Shown: positions 30,347 through 41,704, numbered from the stretch's first letter. The stretch: 64,000 nt of DNA from Bythopirellula sp. (GCA_965216565.1 OZ244170.1:3296001-3360000); one strand, 5' to 3'. The notes: a model not told the origin generated them from the letters alone. Program-made: numbers and translations.

Positions 30347-31408
30347 ATGAATCGATCTTCAACAACAAACGGTTTTCTCAAATCGAAGCAGGGACCAAGA
30401 TCATCCACAGATACATTGAAATTGCAGGGAATCATCCCACCATTAGTCACTCCCTTGGATGTCAAAGGTGAGCTGGACAAAGAGAGCTTACAAACTGTAG
30501 TAGAGCACGTGCTTGCAGGAGGAGTGCATGGGGTATTCGCTTTGGGTACGACTGGAGAAGCGACAGGCTTGTCTCAGGCGGTACGAAAGCAGGTCATCCA
30601 GGAAGTATGCCAACTTGTGCGTGGACGCGTTCCGGTGCTCGTTGGTCTGATGGACTCTGTATTGGAGAATTGCCTATCACTTGCGAGTGAAGCTGCCGAA
30701 CAAGGTGCTGATGCCATCGTTGTTTCTGCACCCTACTATTTCAAGCTAGAACAAGCAGAGCTTCTACATTACGTGCGAACAATCAGAAACCATTCATCAC
30801 TGCCAATCTATTTATACAATATTCCAGAGCTTACAGGCACCGAATTTACGCCGGAGACGGTTCTTCGCCTAACCGAACTGACGCAAGTAGTTGGGATCAA
30901 GGACAGCTCAGGGAATCCAGAATACCTCTCGGCCATTCAAAAAGTCGCTGCGGTACGTGAAGACTGGTCGATACTCGTGGGTTCGGACGAACTGCTTGTA
31001 GACTCTGTGATGAAAGGCATTCATGGAGGAGTTTCCGGCAGTGCAAATGTGTGGCCTCAATTACTCGTGGCACTTTACGAATCGGCCTCTCGTAAAGACT
31101 CGGAACGGTGCAGCTCACTCAGCTCCATACTCAAGGAACTCATGTCGATTTTCAAGTTCGGAAGTTACGGAATCGGTGGAATTCGAGGCATGAAATGCGC
31201 TCTTTCTCTTCTGGGGATTTGTGAAGATCGCCTGGCAGCTCCTTATGTCGAATGCGACTCCGAACAACGTGAATTCATAAAGGGGCAGCTAATGAGCCTT
31301 GATCTACTTGGAGATGCATCTGAGGGTTTGCAATACGAGATTCCCAAGCCCCACTTCAGAAGCAAACTCAATCGCAATGCTTCAGTTAATAGCTCGACTC
31401 ATACCTAG
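30347..31408 (+). CDS. DHDPS/N-acetylneuraminate-lyase-family pyruvate aldolase (candidate Kdo aldolase)
   Basis: GIIPPLVTP, LGTTGE, LYNIP, GIKDSSG (Schiff-base Lys). Confidence 0.88.
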   Translation: MNRSSTTNGFLKSKQGPRSSTDTLKLQGIIPPLVTPLDVKGELDKESLQTVVEHVLAGGVHGVFALGTTGEATGLSQAVRKQVIQEVCQLVRGRVPVLVGLMDSVLENCLSLASEAAEQGADAIVVSAPYYFKLEQAELLHYVRTIRNHSSLPIYLYNIPELTGTEFTPETVLRLTELTQVVGIKDSSGNPEYLSAIQKVAAVREDWSILVGSDELLVDSVMKGIHGGVSGSANVWPQLLVALYESASRKDSERCSSLSSILKELMSIFKFGSYGIGGIRGMKCALSLLGICEDRLAAPYVECDSEQREFIKGQLMSLDLLGDASEGLQYEIPKPHFRSKLNRNASVNSSTHT

Positions 31409-31474
31409 CGAGCCAACTGACCACGTTCAAGATTAGCCTCAAAACTCTCAGTGATCTTCATCCAAGGAATAACC

Positions 31475-32488
31475 GTGACAGAGAAATCGTTATTCAGAAA
31501 TCAAAGTCGACTAAAAAGTGTCCGAGCAAAGGGTTTCACGCTTGTTGAACTTCTTGTCGTGATATCGATCATTGGCGTGCTCGTGGCCCTGTTATTACCC
31601 GCGGTTCAGGCTGCTAGAGAAGCTGCTCGTCGCATACAGTGTACTAACAACCTTAAGCAGCTGGGCTTGGCGCTCTTGAATTTTGAAAGCAGCCAAGACG
31701 AATTACCTCCGTCGGCCGTGACCAACGAGTTTGGTCGTGAAGTGTACGGCAATTCGAATCGCTCATGCTTTGTTTTTCTACTGCCATACATAGAGCAACA
31801 AACTCTAGCCGACATGTTCGTGTTGGGCACTGGCACGAATTTTTCGGATCGTAGAAACTGGGAGCATCAAGTAAACCGACCTTTCTACCAAAACGTACTG
31901 CCGAGCTTGCAGTGCCCCACAACTCCTACAGGCGATCGATTGCTTGAGGGCTTGTCGACATCCAATCAGCCCTATCGAAATGCGGGGCCGACGGATTACT
32001 CACTTTACTATTGGGTTGCAGTCGGCCCACTCTCTGCTGAGGGCTTGGGGCTTATTGAGATGACATATGATGGACGTGATGCGGCACTGAAACGCAACGA
32101 AAAAAACAGCTTCAGAAGTATTACTGACGGAACCAGCAATACTTTGGTATTCGTCGAATCCGCCGGGAAAACGAAAGTTTACAATTCGCAAGGTATCATC
32201 CAGACCGATGTGTCTGGAAAAGATCTACGGGTCGAGGGTGGAGCTTGGGCAGATAATTTCAACCTTATGGATCTTCGAGGCAGTTCTGTCGACGGGCAAA
32301 CACTGGGTGGAGTCTGTGCGATCAACTGTACCAACCTTCAAGAGGCCTATGCATTCCATCCTGGTGGCGCAAACGCTGTTTTTGCCGATGGCTCCGTTCA
32401 TTTCATTAACGATAACATTCCGATCGCAGTGATGTCCGCGCTAGTGACTCGCGCCAATTCGGAGACACTTTCGACTCCGGATTTCTAG
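31475..32488 (+). CDS. DUF1559 prepilin-type protein
   Basis: [40 protein letters not shown] start after AAGGA. Confidence 0.92.
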   Translation: MTEKSLFRNQSRLKSVRAKGFTLVELLVVISIIGVLVALLLPAVQAAREAARRIQCTNNLKQLGLALLNFESSQDELPPSAVTNEFGREVYGNSNRSCFVFLLPYIEQQTLADMFVLGTGTNFSDRRNWEHQVNRPFYQNVLPSLQCPTTPTGDRLLEGLSTSNQPYRNAGPTDYSLYYWVAVGPLSAEGLGLIEMTYDGRDAALKRNEKNSFRSITDGTSNTLVFVESAGKTKVYNSQGIIQTDVSGKDLRVEGGAWADNFNLMDLRGSSVDGQTLGGVCAINCTNLQEAYAFHPGGANAVFADGSVHFINDNIPIAVMSALVTRANSETLSTPDF

Positions 32489-32501
32489 GGAGCACGACCA
32501 C

Positions 32502-32966
32502 ATGCCAAGTCAATCAGAGGAGATACTGCGTCACAGCCGCCGTATTTTTTTAGTGCTAATCATTACAAGTGTGGCGGTTCTGGGCTGTTCGCAACGTGAG
32601 GATTCATTCGACAGAAAACCCACCGTTAAGGCTACTGGAACAATACTCAGCAAAGGAGAGCCAGCGACAGGCGCGCTAGTCACATTCAGCAGGGCCGATG
32701 GCCCCGATTCTGAGTTCCCCGGAGCACAGGGAATTGTCGATGAGCAAGGAGCCTATGAACTCACCACTTATGAAACCAAGGATGGGGTGATCGCGGGTGA
32801 ATATAAAATCTCTATCTTGTGGCCGTCTCGTGCTGATTGGTGGAATTCGGAAGAGGAGCCTGACTCATTGGACAAGCTGAAAGGCAAATACTCACCTAAC
32901 AAAACTGATATACGCAGGACCGTACAAGAAAATGACGAATCGATCGAAGCAATCGAGTTGAAATAG
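32502..32966 (+). CDS. DUF1559-associated small lipoprotein
   Basis: Lipobox VLGC; GEPATGALVTF, LTTYETKDG..AGEYKISI, D.LKGKYS. Confidence 0.8.
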   Translation: MPSQSEEILRHSRRIFLVLIITSVAVLGCSQREDSFDRKPTVKATGTILSKGEPATGALVTFSRADGPDSEFPGAQGIVDEQGAYELTTYETKDGVIAGEYKISILWPSRADWWNSEEEPDSLDKLKGKYSPNKTDIRRTVQENDESIEAIELK

Positions 32967-33048
32967 ATAGTCATACCACAGTGAATATTCTTGCTGGATA
33001 TGACAATTGCACTCAGTAGATAGGAATCCTTTGTTCACAGTTCTAGAT

Positions 33049-36024
33049 ATGTACTACTCAATGAGATCGAAACGAGCCTGGGTCCGCATGCTAATTTGCA
33101 TGATAATTGGAAGCTATGCGCAAGCGTCCCATGCTCAATCTACTCAATTCAACGGTGTCACGGTGCCAGGCGTGGTCATCGACCATTCGCCAGCATCCAC
33201 CGGCGTCTACCTGACTTCGCCAACCATCACCATCATGTCTGATGGCTCATACATTGCGGCGACAGACCTGTCCGGACCAGGTTCCACCGAGTTTACGATT
33301 GGGCATACCCGTGTTTACAGATCGACAGACGATGGGCAGAGCTGGACGCAGCAGTCCGAGGTTGCTGGGGCTTTTTGGTCGAGTGTTTTTGAATATGATA
33401 ATCAACTCTATTTGGCGGGCCCCTCCAAAGCAGGAGGCGATTGGGTGATCCGGGCCTCTTCGGATAACGGCGCGACCTGGACCAATCCTACAGATTCCAG
33501 CAACGGACTAATCGCCCAAGGTGTTTATGGGTCCTCACCCAATCATGTCGAGTCCTACGGCGGTCGCCTCTGGATAGCCGCTTCAGGACCAAGGGCTTTC
33601 TCGGCAGAAATTGGCACGAATCTGCTTGACGCCAATAACTGGATAGAAAGCGCCATCGTGCCTGAAGAGTTCGAATGGTTCAACGAGAACATTACGTGGT
33701 CTGAATCGCAGGTTGTTGTCTCGCCGCAGACTGGACTGGTGATGATGCCCAAGATCAAGAATCACCCCGTGACCGCACTACTGCGAGCCGACCCGAATAA
33801 CGGTCAATTGACTCTCGACGATGAAAATGATTTTGTCGACCTGCCGGGTGCCGACAAAAAATTTGGCGCTAAATACGATCCAGTGTCAGGAAAGTTTTAT
33901 GTTCTCAGCAATGTGATCCCATCTGCTCACGCCGATGAAACTCCTACCAACGCAGTTCGAAACACGACCGGCATTGTCTCATCAAAGGACTTGTATAACT
34001 GGAACGTAGAGAAAGTGTTTATGTATACGCCCAATCTAAGTAACAGAGAAGGTTTCAACTACTTGATGTTTGATATCGATGACGACGACCTGGCAGTGGT
34101 ATCACGCACATCCTGGGACGATGGTCTAGGCGGAGCAGACAGCAATGGAAACTCCAACTTCTTCACTTTTCACCGCATTGAGGACTTTCGCACTGCTTCG
34201 CCAGAACAAGTACTCATAGCTGATACAAACAATAATCGTGTGATGCGCTACGAGGTGACTCAAACAGAGTTCTGGGCTCCAATTGGGGAGTTTGCGCTCG
34301 GCAACACGTTCGCCGGTGCTGCTCTTGATCAACCTGCGGGGCTAGCCCAAGACGCCAATGGATACGTCTACGTAAGTGAACAGAAGGATGGAGGGCGTGT
34401 GCTTCGTTTCGATGCCTTAGGCAATTTTGTCAGTGTAGTTGCTACGGAAGGAGTCGAGTTCACCGGCCAGCCCGAAGCGTTGACCGTGGGGCCAGACGGC
34501 AACCTCTACATGTCAGTGGCTTTTGGGGTCAACTCAGACAAGATCTATAAAGTGGATTTGTCCGATGATACTATCGCGACGTTCGTCGGGAGCAGTTTCG
34601 CTGGCGGTACATTGGACAACCCACATGGTGTCTCCTTTGGCCCTGATGGAAATCTCTACGTAGCTGACAGACAGAACAGCAAGGTGCGCAAGTTTAGCGG
34701 AGCTGACGGCACCTACTTAGGCGACCTGTACAGTGGCGTCCAGCCTGAAGCCTTGACGTGGGACGAGTCTCGACAGAAGTTTCTGGCTAGCAGTCGAGAC
34801 TTGGACGTCGATCTGAATTCTGTAGCCCTCAATGGTAGCAGCAATAAGTTTTACGACCCCGATGATATCGGAGTCGCTCTAGGCATCGTGGCGATCGATG
34901 GTGATATCTACTGGTCAGATTTCGACAACGATCAGATTTATAAGTTCACAGGTCTCAATCAAAAAGTCAGCAGCGTCCCCGTTGATTTGGATGGCCCAGG
35001 CCGTTTGCTACACGTTGACCAGGCCGCTTCAGGAGAACGAGCCTGGCAGATGTCAGGCTCTGCAGACTGGAAAGAAATGACGAACTGGTACTATTGGGGA
35101 CGGCCCGACACCAATGAGGAAATCGCCAATCTAGGTTCCGCTGCCAGCTCGTCTTCGACGATCACTATGAATCAGTCGTACACGATGAAGGGCTTGCGGT
35201 TTCGCAACGAGAATACTTACACCATAGACGGCGCAGGCGACATTACCTTGGAAGCTGACAATGAAAACGCGGTTCTGGATGCCCAGCTTGGCAGCCACAA
35301 CATTTCCGTAAATGTCTTACTGAATAGCGATGTTATTGCTACCACCTCGAACTCAACAGAAATTCACTTCTCCAATAAGCTCGACCTCAATGGACACACT
35401 TTATCACTACATGGGGAGGGGCGGCTCTCGATCGGCAATCAGTTGCTGATGAATGGTGGTGTCTTCGTTCTAGACGGCTTGTCATCCCTCACTTTTGTAG
35501 CCCTTGCCACTTTAACGCTCAACGGGGATCTTGAGTTCGAGCCCGATAGTAGTTTGTCGCTGTCGCTCAATTCTACTTTTCAGCTGATCAATGGTATTAC
35601 TAACGCTACCGGTCAATTTAATAATCTCATTCTACCTGATCTCGAAGATGGTCTGGTTTGGGACACCTCGAACTTCTACGTTGATGGAAGCTTGTCCATT
35701 GCCCCCCTTCTTTCAGCAGATTTCAATCAAGATGGTTTGGTAGACGGATTAGATTTTCTCCGTTGGCAACGTGGTTTTGGCACAGACTTAGGCACCCAAA
35801 ACACAGCCTCTTTGGCCGACGGCAATGCAAACGGCGATCAGTTCATTGACAAGGAAGATCTCGCCATTTGGCAAGCTCAATATGGCACGCAAGAACCACC
35901 CCTGTCTACTTCGAGTGCAGTCGTGCCAGAACCAACCAGCTTAGTACTACTAGGTTGCCTTACCCCATATCTATTGCGAGTCAGCTTTAGATCCCGCAGA
36001 GAAAAGCAATCATGGCCGATCTAA
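33049..36024 (+). CDS. Second multidomain sialidase-fold + NHL + beta-helix + dockerin-like + PEP-CTERM protein (paralogue of 24084-27233)
   Basis: [67 protein letters not shown]. Exact start uncertain (33007-33061). Confidence 0.75.
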   Translation: MYYSMRSKRAWVRMLICMIIGSYAQASHAQSTQFNGVTVPGVVIDHSPASTGVYLTSPTITIMSDGSYIAATDLSGPGSTEFTIGHTRVYRSTDDGQSWTQQSEVAGAFWSSVFEYDNQLYLAGPSKAGGDWVIRASSDNGATWTNPTDSSNGLIAQGVYGSSPNHVESYGGRLWIAASGPRAFSAEIGTNLLDANNWIESAIVPEEFEWFNENITWSESQVVVSPQTGLVMMPKIKNHPVTALLRADPNNGQLTLDDENDFVDLPGADKKFGAKYDPVSGKFYVLSNVIPSAHADETPTNAVRNTTGIVSSKDLYNWNVEKVFMYTPNLSNREGFNYLMFDIDDDDLAVVSRTSWDDGLGGADSNGNSNFFTFHRIEDFRTASPEQVLIADTNNNRVMRYEVTQTEFWAPIGEFALGNTFAGAALDQPAGLAQDANGYVYVSEQKDGGRVLRFDALGNFVSVVATEGVEFTGQPEALTVGPDGNLYMSVAFGVNSDKIYKVDLSDDTIATFVGSSFAGGTLDNPHGVSFGPDGNLYVADRQNSKVRKFSGADGTYLGDLYSGVQPEALTWDESRQKFLASSRDLDVDLNSVALNGSSNKFYDPDDIGVALGIVAIDGDIYWSDFDNDQIYKFTGLNQKVSSVPVDLDGPGRLLHVDQAASGERAWQMSGSADWKEMTNWYYWGRPDTNEEIANLGSAASSSSTITMNQSYTMKGLRFRNENTYTIDGAGDITLEADNENAVLDAQLGSHNISVNVLLNSDVIATTSNSTEIHFSNKLDLNGHTLSLHGEGRLSIGNQLLMNGGVFVLDGLSSLTFVALATLTLNGDLEFEPDSSLSLSLNSTFQLINGITNATGQFNNLILPDLEDGLVWDTSNFYVDGSLSIAPLLSADFNQDGLVDGLDFLRWQRGFGTDLGTQNTASLADGNANGDQFIDKEDLAIWQAQYGTQEPPLSTSSAVVPEPTSLVLLGCLTPYLLRVSFRSRREKQSWPI

Positions 36025-38057
36025 AGCAAATGTTTGTGCAGTCCAGAAAGTTCAATAGTCGTCTATTAGCACTTCAGCTTACACTTATCAATTGCCTTAC
36101 AGTCAATTGCCTTGCTGGTGATAGGCTGGAGACTGGCGAAGCAATTCCGGTAGGAACTGATGATAAGGTCGGTGTGCTTGCCCTGCCGAGTATCTCGTGC
36201 AGTCCGCTCGGATCTGTGGCCGTTTCTGATCGGAGACGCCATGATTTGTTTGTCGTCGCCGATCGCTGGCATCCAGCTATTTATCTGTATCGTTGGGTCA
36301 AGGATGATGAGTCGGGCACGCCGATTTTTTCGCAGCCAATCGAAATCACTCCGCCCTTTAAGACTGCAGGTTCCTCCCCTGGGTATGTGCTAACCGACAG
36401 GTCGGGCAATTTTGTTGGCTTCTGGCTGAAGTCAAACAAAATGGTTGTGGCATCCTATGATGAATCAAATAAGAGATTCGATACCCAGGGGGAGATAGAG
36501 ATTGAGGCGCTTCCTCGTAATCCTAGCCGTCTACTTGTCCGCTTTATTGATGAGGGTTTACTCGAGTGCTTCGTCACTGTAGGAGATGGGGCGACGTATC
36601 GCCCAGGGAAACATCGTGCCAAAGACTATTATCCATACGACGGAGCTGGAATCTGGCGTGGCGAACTAACCCGTGATGGGATCTATCGATTTGGTTGCTC
36701 ATGGCCTACACTCCCGAAAAAGATTATTGTCAAAGCCGAATTGCTATCGCCAAACCATGGTGCACTATTTGGGATCAGCAGCCTTGATTGGGTCAAACAT
36801 GGCCAATCTCATCAACCTTTTTTGCTCTATGGAACGAAGCTGGGAGGCATCTTCACATTAGCGAACGCCTGGGATGACTCCCAGAATTCAAAGTCACCCC
36901 AGAAACGGCCAATCATCGACGTTCGTGGCTCGGTATTGCGACATCCGACCGTTGGCACAAACTTAACGGCATTCCCATCTGCTAACGGGAGCCGCATCGA
37001 TTTAATCGTAGCGGGCGAAGGAGGTATGTACTACTATCGTGCAGCCAAGAAATCTGCAGATCATGGCGAACCCATCTATGAATCGCCTCGACACGTGTTG
37101 CAGGAGTCAGCTGACCTGTACGATGGCTCACTCGTCGTGCCAAATTGCGTCGACTGGAATGGCGATGGCAAAATCGATATTGTCGCCGGCAATGCGGCGG
37201 GCCAATTGTTGTTTTTCGAGAACCAAGGAACGAATCAGCACCCTAGTTTTTTACCAGCGACGTATCTTGAAGCTGGCGGTGAAAAAGTCCTCGTCCGTGG
37301 AGGCTATCGAGGCAGTATTCAAGGCCCCGGCGAGGCACATTGGGGTTACACCTGCCCTACAGTCGTTGATTGGAATCTCGACGGAACGCTGGACATCGTG
37401 CTGCACGATATCCGAGGCATTCACACCGTTTACATCAACCGCGGTACGAGCGCCGAGCCGAAACTTAGTCTTCCCCAAGAGTTGAACGTCGAGTCGCTTG
37501 AGTTACATGGCACATGGCGCACGCGGCCCGCGGCTGGAATGCTAGGTGATCGCATGGCTTATGTGACGTTAGATGATGATGACGAGCTCCATCTCTATTG
37601 GCGAATTGATGACACCAATCTCGAGGATGGTGGCAAACTTCTCCTTACCAGCGGCAAACCCATTCAGGCCAATTTTCTTCATGCTGGTGGAACTGGGAGA
37701 GGAAAGTTTCAATTCGTGGATTGGGATCAAGACGGCGCGACTGATTTGCTAGTAGGCACTCCTCGACATAGCACTTATCCAGAACCTGAGAAAGGTGTTC
37801 CCTGGAGTATGGATCAGGCAGGGTCCGCTGTACTCTTGTTGAAAAATACAGGCTCGAATGAACAGCCACATTACGAGTATCCAGCCGTGATGCACGTAGA
37901 CGGCGAGTCAATGCACTTTGGCCAACACTCCTGCGCCCCTTATGCTACGTCTTTAGGAAGCGAGGATGGAGAATCGTTGAATATCCTAGTCGGCACGGAA
38001 CTTGGTCGAATGATATTTTTCAGCGGCGAGGATATTGAATGGAAAATCATTCGTTAG
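36012..38057 (+). CDS. Secreted FG-GAP/VCBS-repeat protein
   Basis: DWNGDGKIDIV, DWNLDGTLDIV, DWDQDGATDLL repeats. Confidence 0.8.
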   Translation: MADLKQMFVQSRKFNSRLLALQLTLINCLTVNCLAGDRLETGEAIPVGTDDKVGVLALPSISCSPLGSVAVSDRRRHDLFVVADRWHPAIYLYRWVKDDESGTPIFSQPIEITPPFKTAGSSPGYVLTDRSGNFVGFWLKSNKMVVASYDESNKRFDTQGEIEIEALPRNPSRLLVRFIDEGLLECFVTVGDGATYRPGKHRAKDYYPYDGAGIWRGELTRDGIYRFGCSWPTLPKKIIVKAELLSPNHGALFGISSLDWVKHGQSHQPFLLYGTKLGGIFTLANAWDDSQNSKSPQKRPIIDVRGSVLRHPTVGTNLTAFPSANGSRIDLIVAGEGGMYYYRAAKKSADHGEPIYESPRHVLQESADLYDGSLVVPNCVDWNGDGKIDIVAGNAAGQLLFFENQGTNQHPSFLPATYLEAGGEKVLVRGGYRGSIQGPGEAHWGYTCPTVVDWNLDGTLDIVLHDIRGIHTVYINRGTSAEPKLSLPQELNVESLELHGTWRTRPAAGMLGDRMAYVTLDDDDELHLYWRIDDTNLEDGGKLLLTSGKPIQANFLHAGGTGRGKFQFVDWDQDGATDLLVGTPRHSTYPEPEKGVPWSMDQAGSAVLLLKNTGSNEQPHYEYPAVMHVDGESMHFGQHSCAPYATSLGSEDGESLNILVGTELGRMIFFSGEDIEWKIIR

Positions 38058-38107
38058 TTCACGAAAACTTGTTCACGTATCGCATTAGTAAAATCAATTG
38101 ACTCACT

Positions 38108-39754
38108 ATGAGAGAAGGTGTTGCAGTGACAACCAAGAATAATCACGTTTATCTTGTTGCAAGTGGCGATTTGCGCCTCTCTGCCAATCAGCAGTGCTGG
38201 GAAGCCCAGCGAGATATGGAAACACTGCTCGGCAAACAAATCGAAAAGTTGGGTTACAAAATCAAACGCGCACACTCCTACGATGAGGAGCAGCAGCACG
38301 GCTTCATCTCCAGCCAGCGGCAAGGGTTGGAAGTTCTTCGTCAAATTCCAAACGATGCGCCATTGATTGTTGCCGAAGCCGTCTGGCAATATTCGCATCA
38401 CGTTTTGGCGGGGCTAACATCTCACCAAGGGCCCATCTTGACCGTTGCCAACTGGTCTGGGCAATGGCCCGGGCTAGTGGGAATGCTGAATCTTAACGGA
38501 TCACTATCCAAGGCAGGAATAAGGTACTCAACACTCTGGAGCGATGACTTTTCTGACGACTACTTTCAGTCACGCCTTAATGACTGGCTGCAAAAAGGTG
38601 AGTGTACGCACGATTTGAGCCATGTAAGCCATTTTTCCCGTGAAAACGCCAACGCCAAAGCGACTGCCCTAGGGCAAGAACTAGCGAAAAAGTTGCTGCA
38701 TTCTAAAGCAATCATGGGCGTTTTCGACGAAGGCTGTATGGGCATGTTCAACGCTATCATTCCCGATCACTTGCTCAATGCGACGGGAGTTTTCAAGGAA
38801 CGTTTAAGTCAATCTGCACTCTACTATGAAACGACGCAGGTCACAGACCAAGAAGCCGCCGCGATCCGAGATTGGATGGAGCAGCAGGGGGCGAAATTCG
38901 AAACTGGACCTGTACACGAAACCGACCTCACCGACGAACAACTCTTGCAGCAATGCAAGATGTACATCGCTGCAGTTCGCATAGCAGACGAATTCGGCTG
39001 CGATTGCATCGGCATTCAATACCAGCAAGGTCTCAAGGACCTCATTGCTGCCAGTGATCTAGTCGAAGGCACACTGAACAATACGGCTAGACCCCCAGTG
39101 CAAAGCAGAGACGGCATGCGGGTTCTTTATGAAAACGAGCCGCTGCCTCACTTTAATGAAGTCGATGAATGCGCAGGATTAGATGGGCTGATGACTTACC
39201 ACGTACACCGAGCGCTGAAGCAGCCAGTCGAGAATACGCTCCATGATGTTCGCTGGGGAGATCACGACAAATCTTCTACCGTTGATGATTTTGTTTGGGT
39301 ATTCGAGATTAGCGGCAGCGTGCCTCCTGAACATTTGATTGATGGTTGGGCAGGAGTCACGAGCGTCCGTCAGCCCCCGATGTATTTCCCCCTGGGGGGA
39401 GGCACAATTCGCGGAGTCTCGAAACCCGGTGAGATAGTCTGGTCGAGAATCTTCGTAGAGGAAGACCGATTGAAGATGGATCTCGGCAGGGCCGAGGTTG
39501 TCCGTCTACCGTTTGAAGAGACCCAACGCCGCTGGCAAGAAACCACACCCCAGTGGCCGATCATGCACGCAGTGACTTATGGGGTGTCCCGCGACCAACT
39601 CATGGCGCGTCATAAAGCAAACCACATTCAAGTCGCCTATGCCAACTCAGCGGACGAGGCAGATCAAGCCATGCTGGTAAAAGCTGCGTACGCGGATTCG
39701 TTGGGTTTGGAAGTATCGCTCTGTGGCACACGGAAAGATAAATCCGCGTGGTGA
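38108..39754 (+). CDS. L-fucose/D-arabinose isomerase (FucI-like) family protein
   Basis: [28 protein letters not shown] (metal ligands), [10 protein letters not shown]. Confidence 0.75.
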   Translation: MREGVAVTTKNNHVYLVASGDLRLSANQQCWEAQRDMETLLGKQIEKLGYKIKRAHSYDEEQQHGFISSQRQGLEVLRQIPNDAPLIVAEAVWQYSHHVLAGLTSHQGPILTVANWSGQWPGLVGMLNLNGSLSKAGIRYSTLWSDDFSDDYFQSRLNDWLQKGECTHDLSHVSHFSRENANAKATALGQELAKKLLHSKAIMGVFDEGCMGMFNAIIPDHLLNATGVFKERLSQSALYYETTQVTDQEAAAIRDWMEQQGAKFETGPVHETDLTDEQLLQQCKMYIAAVRIADEFGCDCIGIQYQQGLKDLIAASDLVEGTLNNTARPPVQSRDGMRVLYENEPLPHFNEVDECAGLDGLMTYHVHRALKQPVENTLHDVRWGDHDKSSTVDDFVWVFEISGSVPPEHLIDGWAGVTSVRQPPMYFPLGGGTIRGVSKPGEIVWSRIFVEEDRLKMDLGRAEVVRLPFEETQRRWQETTPQWPIMHAVTYGVSRDQLMARHKANHIQVAYANSADEADQAMLVKAAYADSLGLEVSLCGTRKDKSAW

Positions 39755-39886
39755 CAGTTTGCTTCTTCTGTGATGAGCATTAAGGCTCAATCCGACACTT
39801 AAACAGCCTGAATACGAAAAGCTCGTGATTACAACACGTTTTTTTGATCTCACATACTAGAAATAAAGTCAGGAATATAGCTAATT

Positions 39887-41569
39887 ATGCCCTACTCGAT
39901 TGGAGTTGACTACGGAACGAGCAGCGTCCGAGCAATGCTAGTTGACGCCTCTAATGGGGCTGAACTAGCGACTGCAGTATACGAGTACCCCAGTGGTGTC
40001 GAAGGTGTCTTGATCGACCCGAGCGATCCTAACATAGCCCGCCAACATCCTGGTGACTACATCGACGGCTTTTACCACGCGGTGGCCGATGTAGTTCATA
40101 AAGCTGCGGGAATCAAAGGTTTCTGTGTGGAGGACGTTGTCGGTATCGGAATCGATACGACAGGTTCAACACCCATTCCAGTTAATAAACAAGGTATTGC
40201 GCTGGGTACGTTAGAAGAATTCAAATTGAATTTGAATGCGCAAGCGTGGCTCTGGAAAGATCACTCCTCCTACACCGAAGCGGAGAAAATTACTCGAGCT
40301 GCCGCGAATGCGAATCTACCCTATTTGGCGAAGTGCGGTGGTGTCTATTCATCTGAATGGTACTGGTCAAAGATTCTGCACTGTATGCATATCGATAGGA
40401 AAGTGGCGGAAGCCACCTACTCTTGGGTTGAACTTGCCGACTATGTTCCAGCCTACGTCACAGGTAATTCCGACCCCAATCGGATGTCGCGGAGCATCTG
40501 CGCTGCTGGACACAAGGCGATGTATCATACTGATTGGGGTGGATTACCAAGTGCTAGTTTTTTAGACAGCATCGAACGAGGATTGTCCCGTTTTCGCTAC
40601 GTGACAACTGCTGTCCCCTCTGACCGACTGGCTGGACGACTTACCGAATCCATTGCTGAGCGAGTTGGCCTGGTAGCGGGAATTCCTGTTGCCGTGGGAG
40701 CATTCGACGCTCATATGGGTGCCGTTGGGGCTGGATGTCGCGAGGGAACACTCGTCAAGATCATTGGGACGAGCACCTGCGATTGCATGCTCGCGCCAAT
40801 GACAAAAGCGCTGCCAGACATTCCCGGGCTTTGCGGCATTGTTCCGGAATCGATTGTACCGGGAATGTATGGTTTAGAAGCAGGGCAGTCTGCAGTGGGG
40901 GATATATTTAACTGGTTCATCAAACAGCTCTGCCCAGGCGAATATGAAAGCGACGATGAAGCTCACAAGGCACTTTCTAGCGCTGCCGCAAAGCTACTTC
41001 CTGGCGAATCGGGGCTGATTGCTCTTGATTGGAACAATGGCAACCGCACGATTCTGGTCGACCCTTTGCTGACCGGCCTACTTATCGGTCAGACTCTTCA
41101 TACCACCGCGGCAGAAATTTACCGGACATTGATCGAAGCGACTGCTCTCGGTGCATTAACAATAATCAACCGTATCGAAGAATACGGAGTGAAAGTCGAA
41201 CAAGTAATCAATTGTGGAGGCATTGCTGAAAAGAGCCCTCTGGTAATGCAAATCTATGCCGACGTATGCAATCGTCCGATGCGTATCAGTCGATCTGGTC
41301 AGACCTGTGCTCTTGGAGCAGCAATTTTCGGTGCAGTCGTGGGCGAAGTTTACCCGTCGGTGGAGGCAGCACAGCAAGAGATGACAGGCATTAAGGAGGT
41401 TGAGTATACGCCGATTCCAGAGAACGTCGCAATTTATGAGCAACTGCACAACATCTACCGCACCTTACATGATGCATTCGGTTTAGCTGAAAACACGCAA
41501 GCGTTGTCGGGAGTAATGAAGAATCTTCTCAATATTCGCAGTAGCGTTCGTTCAGGCAAAAGTAGCTAG
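39887..41569 (+). CDS. araB: Ribulokinase (FGGY family)
   Basis: IGVDYGTSSVR, GIDTTGSTP, WKDH, CAAGHKAM, GAFDAHMGAVG, LEAGQSAVGD, LDWNNGNR. Confidence 0.9.
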   Translation: MPYSIGVDYGTSSVRAMLVDASNGAELATAVYEYPSGVEGVLIDPSDPNIARQHPGDYIDGFYHAVADVVHKAAGIKGFCVEDVVGIGIDTTGSTPIPVNKQGIALGTLEEFKLNLNAQAWLWKDHSSYTEAEKITRAAANANLPYLAKCGGVYSSEWYWSKILHCMHIDRKVAEATYSWVELADYVPAYVTGNSDPNRMSRSICAAGHKAMYHTDWGGLPSASFLDSIERGLSRFRYVTTAVPSDRLAGRLTESIAERVGLVAGIPVAVGAFDAHMGAVGAGCREGTLVKIIGTSTCDCMLAPMTKALPDIPGLCGIVPESIVPGMYGLEAGQSAVGDIFNWFIKQLCPGEYESDDEAHKALSSAAAKLLPGESGLIALDWNNGNRTILVDPLLTGLLIGQTLHTTAAEIYRTLIEATALGALTIINRIEEYGVKVEQVINCGGIAEKSPLVMQIYADVCNRPMRISRSGQTCALGAAIFGAVVGEVYPSVEAAQQEMTGIKEVEYTPIPENVAIYEQLHNIYRTLHDAFGLAENTQALSGVMKNLLNIRSSVRSGKSS

Positions 41570-41704
41570 GGAGTCCTGTCGACCGATAGTCGTTCATTAA
41601 GATATCAAGCCAGTGAAGGTTGAGACTTACAAAGGATCGAAACTATCCGTTTCAATTCAAAACAATCTACTTGTCAAGAGAAATTACTTCATTGAGGACT
41701 ACCA

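Noticed and set aside
24084..31408. Classical sialic acid (Neu5Ac) nan cluster
   Set aside because: No nanE, nanK, nagA or nagB in the window; the linked downstream enzymes handle a pentose. Disfavoured rather than excluded.
38108..41569. Standard L-arabinose araBAD or L-fucose fucIKA operon
   Set aside because: The isomerase is FucI-like rather than AraA, and araD, fucK and fucA are absent from the window.
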